A stretch of 64,000 nt of DNA from the NCBI GenBank assembly GCA_040285825.1, contig JAUPSS010000013.1, positions 186,001 through 250,000 on the forward strand, written 5' to 3'. Position numbers and translations under genes: made by a program. The stretch comes from Eukaryota sp. TZLM1-RC (lineage: Eukaryota > Protista > Metamonada: BaSk clade). This document shows positions 22,923 to 34,064 of this stretch, one piece after another; within the stretch, counting starts at the first letter, position 1, and every line of letters starts with the position of its first letter. Under the pieces are notes generated by a model. It searched no databases, was not told where the DNA came from, and saw only the letters and a list, made by a program, of their open reading frames with translations.

Positions 22923-25900
22923 TTTAAGTTCCTTGGTTGTTGGTTAGGAAACGTGCCTCAAATTCATAATGAATTGCATGTTATTTTTGAAAAAATGAAA
23001 ATTGAACTTGATTCAATTTCTTCTTTAGATATAGAAAAGCATATTAAATTTTTCATGCTTAAAATTTGCTACACTGGGAGAATAACCCACATTTTGAGAT
23101 CTTGTGCTCCTTCCACAGCATTAGATTTTTGTCGTTCATTTAATTCATTGAGAACAGAATTTTTTGCTGATTTATTGGATGTTGAACCAGGAATGTTGAA
23201 AAGCCATTTATTTTCTTCAGCAAATTTGGGTGGTATTGGATTTACTAAATCTTCAATTTTGTGTCAATCAGCATTCTTGGGTGGTGGCAAAAAAATTTTT
23301 TATGAATTTTCTCGTAGATTTCCTGATGATTCTCATCTGTTAGTTCCCAATTGCAGTCCCTATTTGTATGAGTTATCTTGTGAACTTGAAAAATTGCCGC
23401 CACAAATTTGGACCAAATGTTTTCCTCAATCAATTCAAGAAATTCCAAACCGATCTCTTTTTAATTTACAGTTTTGCTGTAAAAAGCTTCAACAAAAATT
23501 GTCAAAGATTTTTGAAAGCTTGGATTTTGATGTTAGACTTGGCTTGGCCAAGTAAAAGAATCCCGCCTTTGCAAATCTTTTACAAGATATGTGTGACAGT
23601 ACTTCTTCTGCCTTAGTAACAACAATTCCACAAGTTTATGGTACTCTCTTATCCGATTCTGCTTGGACTCTGAATATGAGATTTCGTTCCTTTATCTGGC
23701 CTGATAATTTACCTCATAATTTAATTTGTAAATGTTCTCGAGAAATTACAACTACTCATTTGTTAAATTGTAAACATTGTATTACTTTTAGAAGCAAGGT
23801 TCACGATGCTGCAAGAGACCAGTTATATTGTATGTGTAAATCTCATAGAATTAAATCCTTCTTGGAACCTCTGTTGTCAAATCTGTTTGATGCTGAAGAT
23901 GATTTTCATGAGAATAATAGAGGTGATGTTATATTACCTGGATTAGATGGAAGTTTCATTTTATTGGATGTAATGTCTGTTGATCCTTGTAATGTCTCAA
24001 ATGTAAGGCTAGTTAATTCTGAAATTCATAATCCCCTTTCAAATGCTGAAAATTTTAAATTCAAAAAATACAATGAACCTTTGTCCAAATTGGCCAGTCT
24101 ACAGCATGCAAAATACAATTTGTATCCATTTGTATTTTCCCTTTTTGTTTCACTTTCACCAACTGCTTTACGTTTTTTGGATGATTTTGAAATGATTGTA
24201 AAGAGAAGAACTGGGAGAAATTTCAACAGATTGTTTTGGCAAAATAGAATTGTGTTTTCTATTTTTAAGGGGATGTTGAAGATGGTTTCTGATGCTTTGC
24301 TTTCTCTTGGATCTCACTATGAAAGAGTTGCATCTAGTGTTTTTGCTCTGGGAGAGATGGATTTTTTAGATGTTGATTTATAGGTTTAGATGCTCAAAGT
24401 GTCGACAACAGGGACATAATGCTCGAACATGCCCCAATGTTGGAAAAAATGATGCGGCAAATTCTGAAACAAAATGTAAAAGAAAATTTATTAGAAGGAA
24501 AGAGTCTAAGGTAGAACCCATAAATAATGCTCCACAAGTTGTTGCAAAACCAGTTAGCAATCGATTGAAGCACAAAACGTGCAACACTTGTGGTATTTCT
24601 TTTAGAAAAAATGCAAAAGGAAAAACTTCTGATCGCTGCTTGAAATGCCGCATAGTTGATAACTACCATCCCCCCATAAGAATACCTCAAGAAATTCATC
24701 CGACCAAATGCAATGAATTTGCTCTCGTTTTTCAAAGATTTTTGGATCAATTATGTAAAGGAAAGTATGCTATCAATATTATTTGGGAATTTTTTGGTTC
24801 TTTTTGTCCTCCTTTTGCACAAAATTTCGTTAGTAATTCCGAAGATTTAACCAATATAGCACCGAGAAATCAGTCATCCGAGAAATTAAGTAAAATTTTT
24901 GAAGACAAATGCTTTGACAACAAATGGTCCAAGGCTTTGTCAGCTTTAAGTCCCGGAGTTAAAGCACCGAACAATGAAAATACAGTAGATAAACTGAAAA
25001 TACTTCATCCTTATGAAGACCCTGTTATGGATCAAAATTTTTACGGCACATACTGGGAAAATTATCCATTGATGCCATCAGAAGTTTTTTCGGTTATCAA
25101 AAAGAGACCTCGTGGTAAGTCTGCCGGACTTTCTGGTATTACTATTGATCATGTAAAAGCCGCGATTATTTCTTCAGAAGATTGCCTTGGTTTATTGACC
25201 AAATTTTTCAACCAAATATTATCTGGTCAACGCAAGTACCCAGAAGAATTAAGAAGTTCTCGTTTGACTGCACTTGTCAAAAATTCAAAAATGGATGTTC
25301 GTCCTATTGCAGTCTCTGAGAGCTTACATAATATTTTTTTCTGCGTGTTGCTTAAGCAGGTTCAATGAAAAAGCTAAAAAGATTTTATTACCCTTTCAAT
25401 ATGGTATAAATACTACAGATGGAGTCTCTTCAGCGATTTTTGCTACTGATGTCTTATTTCGTCAAAATGAATCCAATGTTTGCATGTCATTGGATTTTTA
25501 GTAATGCTTTCAATTCGCTAAGTCGTCGCAGTATCCATGGTGCTCTATTGCAATATATGCCAGAATTAATACCATATTTTCAATCAACATATTGCACATA
25601 TTCTAATTTACATTTTGGTAACAACATTTTGATTTCATCAAGTGGCGTAAAGCAAGGAGATCCGTTAGGACCTCTTTTTGTTTTGTTTGGCCATTCATCC
25701 TATTCTACTGCAAATTCAAGAGATGTTTCCTTCACTAAAAATGATTGCATATATGGATGATGTTGTGCTGATTGGTGAATTAAATATTGTGAAAAAAAGC
25801 AACTGTATGTTTTAAAGAATTATTTACCAAAATTGGTCTCCGACTTAATTTACTTAAATGTGTTTTGTTATCGAATTCTCCAGTTTCCACAATAATTGAT

Positions 25901-27484
25901 GATATTGAAATTCAAGCCAAATTATATTCAATTGATGCTATTCGTCATTTGGGTTCGTTTTTAGGAAATAATGATGAAATTACCAAAAAATTGTTTGAAA
26001 AGTTGAACTCAATTTCTGACAAAATTGACCGAATGATGAATTTAGATATAAAAAAACACATCAAATTTACCATTATAAGACTGTGTTTTAGTTCCAATTT
26101 TAATCATATATTTCGATCTACAAATCCTCTCGTCACTAGACCTTTGGCTCAAAAAGTTTAATGAGTTACGTGCAAAAGTTCTGTCTCAATTACTGGGATG
26201 TAAAATGTTTCAAATTCCAGATCATGCTTACCTTAGTCCACAATATGGTGGTTTAGGGTGGACGAAGGCTTCTATTCTTACCTCGTGTGCTTTTTGTTGG
26301 TGGATGCAGAAATGCAATCTTTGAGTTCTCCGAAAGATTTGCAGATTGGGAAGATTTATTGATGACAACGCAAAGTTCCACTGTTTTTGCATTAAATGAA
26401 GAAATTTCAAGAATTGATGTAGAAAAATGGGGTCGATGTTTTCCCCAATCATTCAATGGCAATATTCCAGAAAAAAATGTTTTAAATTTGAAGTACACTC
26501 TTCGAACATTACAGAAAAGATTGACTGGAATGTATGAAAAAGATCTTTATAATAATATTTGCAGCTCGGCTGTTTTAAATCAAGATCTTCACTCATTGTT
26601 ATTGGAAAAGGGTGTTTGTGAAAACAAGGTGTCAGATTCTTCACTTTTTGTAACCATTGTACCACGAAGATTTGGATTGTGTGCTACTAATGAAGCATTT
26701 GTAACAAAAATGAGATTATATTTGAACATCCCCATTAACCAATTATTATCAAAAGAAAAATGTATTTGTTCGAATTCACCTCAACTCACTTTGCGCCATG
26801 CTCTAAATTGCTCTAAATTGATAACTTATCGTTCTTCATTACATGATGCTGTTAGAGACACTGTTTTCAATATGGCACAAACTGCAAGGATATCGTGTAT
26901 CAAAGAGCCCCTGCTGAAAGAAACACTTTCTCTGAATAATTTTGGTTCTGATGATAGAGGTGATGTATACTGTGATTGGATTGATAATTCTGAAGCTATT
27001 GTTGACTTTGTCTCATGTAATGTTGCAAACGATACTTTGGTTCACAGAAGAAAACTTAATCCTGGGGCTGCTCTGGATTTTAAAGCAAAAGAAAAACATA
27101 GAAAATATGATAAAGAAATTGAAGATGCAAATATCGATAGAAATACACAGCTGGTTTTTATTGCTTTTCCATTTTCGATAAATGGAAGATTATCAGTTGA
27201 AGCAGAAACTTTTTTGGATGACTTCCAAAAAGTGGTGAAGGAAAAAACAATGAAAAGATTTGATATTTTTTTATGGCGTTCACGGATTCAATTTGCCATT
27301 ATTAATAGATTACCGCGGTTTTTCAATCGAATTAGAGAAGCTTTAGCTAGACAGCAAGCAAATCAAGATTTTGTAGAGGAAATCTTGGTTTAATGATAGT
27401 CGTCCCATTAGTTATGATTTAATTTAATCAAGTGTGCAAATTCAATAAATTAGGTTTTGAATAAAATTAAAATTTTGTAAAAAA
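22923..27484 (+). mobile_element. 5'-truncated subfamily A non-LTR copy carrying a nested subfamily B element
   Basis: 22923-24387 is near-identical to 7000-8464. Its 3' UTR resumes at 27458. TSD AATTTCCAT at 22914-22922 and 27485-27493. Confidence 0.92.
24388..27450 (+). mobile_element. Near full-length non-LTR retrotransposon, subfamily B (frameshifted)
   Basis: CSKCRQQGHNARTC, RPIAVSE, GVKQGDPLGP, YMDD, RHLG, CICS..HALNC, RGD..VDF..KHRKY. TSD TAGGTTT at 24381-24387 and 27451-27457. Confidence 0.92.
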
Positions 27485-28209
27485 AATTTCCATATTGATG
27501 GTAAATCATTCATTTCTGATTGAGGTTTCCAACGTATTTTGACCCCCACCAATACTAGCAAGAACTTGGAACTGGCGTTCTCTAGCTTCTCGTGCCTCTG
27601 AGTTAAAGAACTGGTCAACAGACGCTCTCACAGTTGTGTTTTGTAGAGCGTTACTCATGACAGTAAACACAGAAGGGAAACAGTTAAAAATGATTAAAAA
27701 TTGGTTTCCTTAATTTGAAAATTTGATGAAATCAAATGTTCATAATTTTCCACATCAAGAACAGCAGAGAATAAGTGTACGAAAATTGATTTCATCATTT
27801 CCTTTGTGACTACCAAAAAAGTATTGAAACCCAACAAAATGTTCACTTCCATTGCGATGTAAAAGGAACATTTCTTCCACACTAATGTTACACACATTGG
27901 GGAATACAAATAATAACAAAGCACATAAAAAACTGTATCAATTCGAACAAAATGTGTCAATTACAACAATTACTAACATTTGGTAGATCCAAATATAATG
28001 GATTTCATACACGTTTTTTCAACTTTCATTACATTTTTCTTTTAATTCACCAGATCGTATTTTATTTATTTTGCTTCAAGATGACAGCAACAATTTTAGA
28101 TATTTTCAACTGATGTCTCCTGGACAAAATCCAGTCGCTACTGAATTTTTACTTAAACTAATAGACAAACTAATACACTTTTATTAATCTGTACAAAAGA
28201 AATGGTCAA

Positions 28210-28812
28210 TCAACAGCTACAAGCTCCAGTTGGCTCACATTCAGAACCAAGATTGTTGTTTTTGGACATTCCTTCGATTTTACCAGATTCAACCTTGTCA
28301 AAAATAGCTTGTGCAGTGTTAATAAACAAGTCATCTACATTTACATTATCCTTGGCTGATGTCTCTACAAACAACAGCCCATTATCATCGGCAAATTGTT
28401 TTCCTTCTTCCATGGAGACGGCCCTATGTGGAAGATCGTTCTTATTGCCAACAAGACATATCACACAGTCAGGGTCGGCTAAGTTGCGTGCATCGTTTAA
28501 CCACATAGTGATATGTTCAAAAGTCTCTCGCCGGGTGACATCATACACCATAATCGCACCAAACGACTGTCGGAAGTAAGAACGTGTGACACTCTTGAAG
28601 CGCTCTTGGCCAGCTGTGTCCCAAATCTGTAGTTTTATAGTCTTGTCATTTAGGGAGACAAGAGATGTACCAAACTCAACACCAATGGTGGTGAGTTTTT
28701 GGTCATCAAACTTGTGTTCTATGTAGCGCGACAGAAGACTAGATTTGCCACATGCGGTATCACCAACCAAAACTATTTTGAAGATGTAATCATAAGTTGC
28801 TTTGGACACCAT
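28210..28812 (-). CDS. Rab GTPase, Rab2/Rab4/Rab14 group (most Rab14-like)
   Basis: GDTACGKS, TIGVEFGT, WDTAGQERFKSVTRSY, GNKND, ETSAK, C-terminal CSC prenylation motif. Confidence 0.93.
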   Translation of the reverse strand: MVSKATYDYIFKIVLVGDTACGKSSLLSRYIEHKFDDQKLTTIGVEFGTSLVSLNDKTIKLQIWDTAGQERFKSVTRSYFRQSFGAIMVYDVTRRETFEHITMWLNDARNLADPDCVICLVGNKNDLPHRAVSMEEGKQFADDNGLLFVETSAKDNVNVDDLFINTAQAIFDKVESGKIEGMSKNNNLGSECEPTGACSC

Positions 28813-29450
28813 TGGAGCCGGATTAAGAGTATGTGAGTGGCTGAATTAAAATCTTTTTACGGATTTCTGTTATTAATTTTTTCATCAATGATTTTGGTCT
28901 ATCCATTGTCCTTAATGAAGATAAGAGAGTGGTGTTTCAGAGGATGAGTTTTAAAATGTAAGGACGAAAACATCTTGTTTTGGTTACTCGTTGTTTTTGT
29001 TTACTAATAGTGAAGATTGTGAAGAAGGACATGTTGAGTTACGTTTTTGAGACAACATCTTATTTGAAAATCACTGCCTTCTTCAACTGATTTAACCACG
29101 TCTCAATTTGATCATGTATATGCAATTGAATCTCTTGTTTAATCCGAAAGCCATAGTATAATATTGCTGATGACAAATTGGATTCGGAATCGCTCCTAAG
29201 GATATACAAGTGCTTCTCATTGTGGTCGTTGAACCATTTTTAAAACGTTGTTTAGATTAATTCCGCTTCAACTAACAGTCATCAATTTACAGCAAAGTTG
29301 AAAGCAATCAAGACAATCTCTAAAGACAATCACTGTTACAACTTAATATATAAATCACCAATGACCCCTCACCAATAAAAACAACAAATAATACAAAAAC
29401 CATTTATCCCTTCAGAAAATACAAAACTTTGTTTTAAAAAACCGCCACCA

Positions 29451-30648
29451 CTATTTTTTAGATTTCAAGAGGCTACTCATGCGACGATCTCGGTCAATCC
29501 TATCCAACCTTCTATTAGAATTTCTCTTCGAATTACTCAAATAATACCAATCCAGCGCCCCTGATTCTTCTTTCCTCGTACTGACACGTGGTGCCACGTC
29601 AGCAGAAGGTTCATTTAAACGGAAGTCATGACGTTCATGACGGTCGGGGGCCTTTGGTGGTTGGTGTTGTTGCGGTTGAGCCACTTCTTCTTGAGGTGAC
29701 GAGCTCTTACTACGGCGGTCCACGTCATCTCGAGACAACTGTGTCCAATCATAAACATAATCATATTGGAAACCTTCACGATGAAATAAATCCCTAAACA
29801 ACTTTCGCAAATAAGCATAATCTGGCTTGTCGTCAAACCTTAGAGCTCGGGTGTAATTTAGATAGGTGCAAAACTCAGTCGGAAAACCTCTACAGAGTGT
29901 TTCCACTGGAGTCGACATCTTCCTCTCACTAATCTTCTCATACTTTTCTCTCTTTGTTGTAGCTTTAAGACTCTGCCAGGGAAGCGATCCACGAATGAAA
30001 TAAATCAAGACATAACCTAGAGTTTCCAAATCATCCCTTCGTGATTGTTCTATTCCCAAATGTGTATTAATAGAGGCATACCTGGCAGTTCCGGTCAAAT
30101 TCTTGTGCTCTCTGTACGGAATATGTGCATGAGTTTTGTGATCTCTATACTTCTTTGCTAGACCAAAATCAACGAGGTGAACGATATTCTGCTTGTTACC
30201 AGTGCCCATGAGGTAGTTGTCAGGTTTAATATCACGGTGGAGGAAGTTACGTTGATGAACGTATTCAATCCGTGAAATCATTTGGTCAGCGAGCATTAAT
30301 ACTGTTTTGAGGGAGAAGCGGCGTCCACAGAGTGTAAAGAGGTCTTCAAGAGAGGGTCCAAGGAGATCCATGACCATGACGTTGTAGTCTCCTTCTACTC
30401 CAAACCAGCGCACATGTGGTATACCAACTAAAGTGAGAGGACTGTAGGTGAAACATACTACCCCCTGCTAAAAGGCGGTACAATTTAGATTCATATATCA
30501 GTTGCGGATGGGATGTCTTGAGAGTTTCAAACTTTATAGCGACCTCTTCGCCTGTTGTGATATTGGTGCCAAGGAAAACTTCGCCAAAAGAGCCAGTTCC
30601 TATGCGTTTAGCGACACGGTACTTGTCTCCAACAATTGTAGGAACCAT
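29451..30648 (-). CDS. Casein kinase 1 (delta/epsilon-like), one 31-nt intron 30428-30458
   Basis: [65 protein letters not shown]. Splicing restores LAGGIGIPHVRW. Confidence 0.96.
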
Positions 30649-31418
30649 TGGGAAGGGAAAGTCAGAAGAGCTGAAGAGGGTGTAAGTAGAAGCTGTTCAG
30701 CGGTGATATTCCAGTGTCTGAAATGATTTTTGAAGGAATTGTTGAAAGGCTTTGTCACTTCTATTTTGAACTCTTGCTTCATCTATTTTGGTTATCATGA
30801 TGTTTCTACATGAAAATGATGGTGTTGAAGTTTTGGTGAAAGATAGTGGTCTTAGATTTAGTTGATTTTCCAAAATTTTTATAATTGCAACTTGTACTGT
30901 GGATAATATACATAAGGCAGTCATTTTGAAGCCTTATAATTAATTGTTTTATAGAAAATGGTGAGATGGTGTTATTTCATTCAATATTCAACAAATACTT
31001 ATTTTAATTGAAAAATTAAATCAAATCCTTCTACTTCAAACAATGAATCTCAACACGTTGATCCACTCACAAGAACACCAATCAAAAGCAATCTGAGCTA
31101 AAGTGATTTAATAACAGTGTTTCTGGCCTACTTATGTTGAAACTTCAGAAAGTCTCTCTGTCTATTACACTGCTAACTAAAATTTGAGAAGTAACTTTTT
31201 TCTGATTTGTTGACATTCGATTATCTTCATCAATTATGATAAGTATTGATGGTAAAAATATAATTTTTCCTCTATTACCCATGAAAGGACACCCTGCTTC
31301 AAACAACGGCGCAACAAGAGTTCATTAACATCATCAACAGGTTCAAGTGAGTCAGGTAGAGTTGAAACTGTTATTGCAATATTATTATAAAATATTATTA
31401 CTAAAGAATGTTGGCAAC

Positions 31419-32525
31419 TGTTGTTGTTGAACTCAAATTGAATTAGTAGGTTTCTTTGTATTTCGAATGATGACGTGATACTCATTTATGAATCAGTTTT
31501 ATTAATAAACAACAGATTTCTCTCTCTCCCCTTCGTGTGTTCATCTGCCTAACGGCATCAATAATTATTGGCCCTTCTTATTTCAGATGACTGTTCCTTC
31601 TGTCAACCTCCCGTCTCTTTCTTCCATGAAAGTTGAAAGTGTTCTCTTGTTCCTACAAGAGTGGAAGATCTATTCTTCTGTGACTTCTAAGAAAGAGCTT
31701 GTTCCAGCAAGACCCTTGGTCGATTCTTTTCTGTTAGAGTCCCTATCTCTCCAGAAATCCGACGTCTCTTCCAGTGATGATGTTCTTCTTAGACATCTAC
31801 AATCTGTCGTATCGTTCGCCACGTACGAAGATTTTAGTCTGGCTATGTCAGAGCTGAAGCTTGATGTCCGAATTGGTGACGTCCGAGAACGTATGTCCTG
31901 TTACCTGCGACGTTTCCTCCAGGTAAAGAGTAGGGCTTCCGGACTGAAGTTACCAGACACAGCTTTTCTGAATCGACTTGCCAGACGAATTCTTCCCGTA
32001 GGTTTTCAACGTTCTCTACTAGCGAGAATTCGAGATGATGTATTCCCAGATCTTCACTCTCTTGTCGAAACCACTACTGATGAGCTGTTGGACTGCTCTA
32101 GGGTTGCTTCATGGACTCGTGGTTTCAAAACCTCAGTGAATGATGTGGAACGTACGGCTGGCACTAAAACGAGGTCCTCTTGGTGCTCTCAGGATTTAAA
32201 AAATCAATCGTGCTTCAAGTGCCACAAGCCTGGACACATCTCCCGCGATTGTCCAACTAAAATCAAACATGAGGTAAATTATGTGTGTCACACAAACGAT
32301 GCACCAAAGAGTTTAACAAACCCCATATCTTCCCTCTATTGAACCAGTACTGTATTTGTCCTCAGAAAAGTGGGAAAAAGTAGTGTTGTTGTTGAACTCA
32401 AATTGAATTAGTAGGTTTCTTTGTATTTCGACTGATGACGTGATACTCATTTATGAATCAGTTTTATTAATAAACAACAAATTTCTCTCTCTCCCCTTCG
32501 TGTGTTCATCTGCCTAACGGCATCA
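31419..32525 (+). mobile_element. Gag-only (non-autonomous) LTR retroelement, 1107 bp
   Basis: 142-bp LTRs at 31419-31560 and 32384-32525 (2 mismatches, TG...CA). TSD CAAC at 31415-31418 and 32526-32529. PPT AGAAAAGTGGGAAAAAGTAG at 32364-32383. Confidence 0.95.
31587..32342 (+). CDS. Gag-like protein with CCHC zinc knuckle
   Basis: Intact 251-aa ORF between the LTRs containing CFKCHKPGHISRDC. Confidence 0.85.
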   Translation: MTVPSVNLPSLSSMKVESVLLFLQEWKIYSSVTSKKELVPARPLVDSFLLESLSLQKSDVSSSDDVLLRHLQSVVSFATYEDFSLAMSELKLDVRIGDVRERMSCYLRRFLQVKSRASGLKLPDTAFLNRLARRILPVGFQRSLLARIRDDVFPDLHSLVETTTDELLDCSRVASWTRGFKTSVNDVERTAGTKTRSSWCSQDLKNQSCFKCHKPGHISRDCPTKIKHEVNYVCHTNDAPKSLTNPISSLY

Positions 32526-34064
32526 CAACAGCAAAACATCAATTTGTCCTTCAAATACACTTTTTTATCTGGTTACAGTTTAGTATTATTCTTTTTTTCA
32601 GAAGTATGTGTTCTAAAAATTTCAGAAATGCTCTTGAACAGTTTTATAACCATAGTTACAGTTTTCGGTAATCAATATTTGCCTAGATTTTATGTACAAC
32701 CCATATCCAGTCTAGTCCTGTAGTGTACTGATTTCGATTCGGGTCCAGTCAAGTTAACTTCTCCAACTTCTCAAGTCATTCTTCTGCAACTCAACTGGAC
32801 AAATAAATTAAAACTGAAACTGTATGTCAAAAATAATTAAACAACAAAATACAAATCTACTCAATTAAATACAATCTCACTATCCATTTTTTTCTCGAAA
32901 AGTGGAGATATAAGTTGTGAAGCAACAACTAAATTACTTTATCAATTTGTCCAAAAATGACATATTCGAACCAAAAGCACAGGTTGAAATGTGGTTTATG
33001 AAAATCATCAATTTGTTTCATCAACTTCGACTCAGTTCAGTCCAATTGACACAAATTGGATTCGTAAATATGGATGATTTATTTTCTATTTACAGAATAT
33101 GAACCTTTGCTGACCATCATTTCATTCGGATAGCTCATCCAATTTTAGTGTTGGGTGCTTTTAGTGGAAAAACGGTTTTTGCATTACACTTACTATTTCT
33201 CCGTTTTTATGGCAGCTAAAGATCCAGCAACAGAGGATAACGTAGAAATTGAATTTCAATTCAGTTCAATACTTAGGTTGTGAACTTCTAGTCTTGGATA
33301 GTCTTTCTAAAATAACAAATAGTAAATGATATTGTTTACACCAAGCGGTACACCTGATTGTCAACCATTTTCGTAAATTATGAAGAAGTGCTGTTGTTTT
33401 AGAACATTTCAACATGTGCTGCCACGTGTAATTCCGAACAATGGGATAGCATTATTAAACTAATCAGTTGACAGTATTCTAGAAGCGTGTTGTTACTCTT
33501 CATCGATAAGTTTATTCAGATTAGGCAAGACTGGTCCATTATCTACCCTATTCATTTAACTTTGCCTGAAAGTACAAAAAAATGATTTGGTAGTACCAAC
33601 GATGATCCACATTACTTTGAACATCAAAACAATTGTTCAAAAAGATATAAAAGGGATAAAATAATCACACTGAACAACCTTCCCGAGATATCTGATTGAT
33701 GAATTTGTATATAATAATAACTATGCTGTTGATGAAAAGTTCAGGGTGGCAGGTATATTGTTATGTTGGTTTGTAAAAATGTCTGGCATTGATTCCCGGA
33801 AATTCTGCGGTTTGTATTTGGGTGATTACAGTATAGTTATAACTATGCTGATGGTTACCAAGATGTCATAGAAGTTGTACCGAATGATTTCTTGTTGAGT
33901 GTCTGAGAAGCTCAATTAGAATGAAACAAAAAAAAGTTAAAATGAATGAATGAATGAAGTTAAAGCAAATTTCTCCATTATGCTCTACTTTATGCTTATT
34001 TACAATTCTTACTAAAAACAATCTAATCACAAAATCCAAGGACACTTAGTCTTTTAGAAACCAA

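Larger units (their letters stand above)
21070..27658 (-). pseudogene. Fanzor (TnpB-like) remnant interrupted by hAT and by nested non-LTR insertions
   Basis: Removing the insertions gives MSNALQ...(27658), LNGDFLRLLF, VVIDRNHSNL (RuvC-I-like, 22431-22448), then TYSAQSFQEYL...RKKLRKINFDFFIRRQKRLTSFINKIKRLFE|GRNTIVWFNNG...PRKRF, in frame across the hAT site. Confidence 0.72.
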
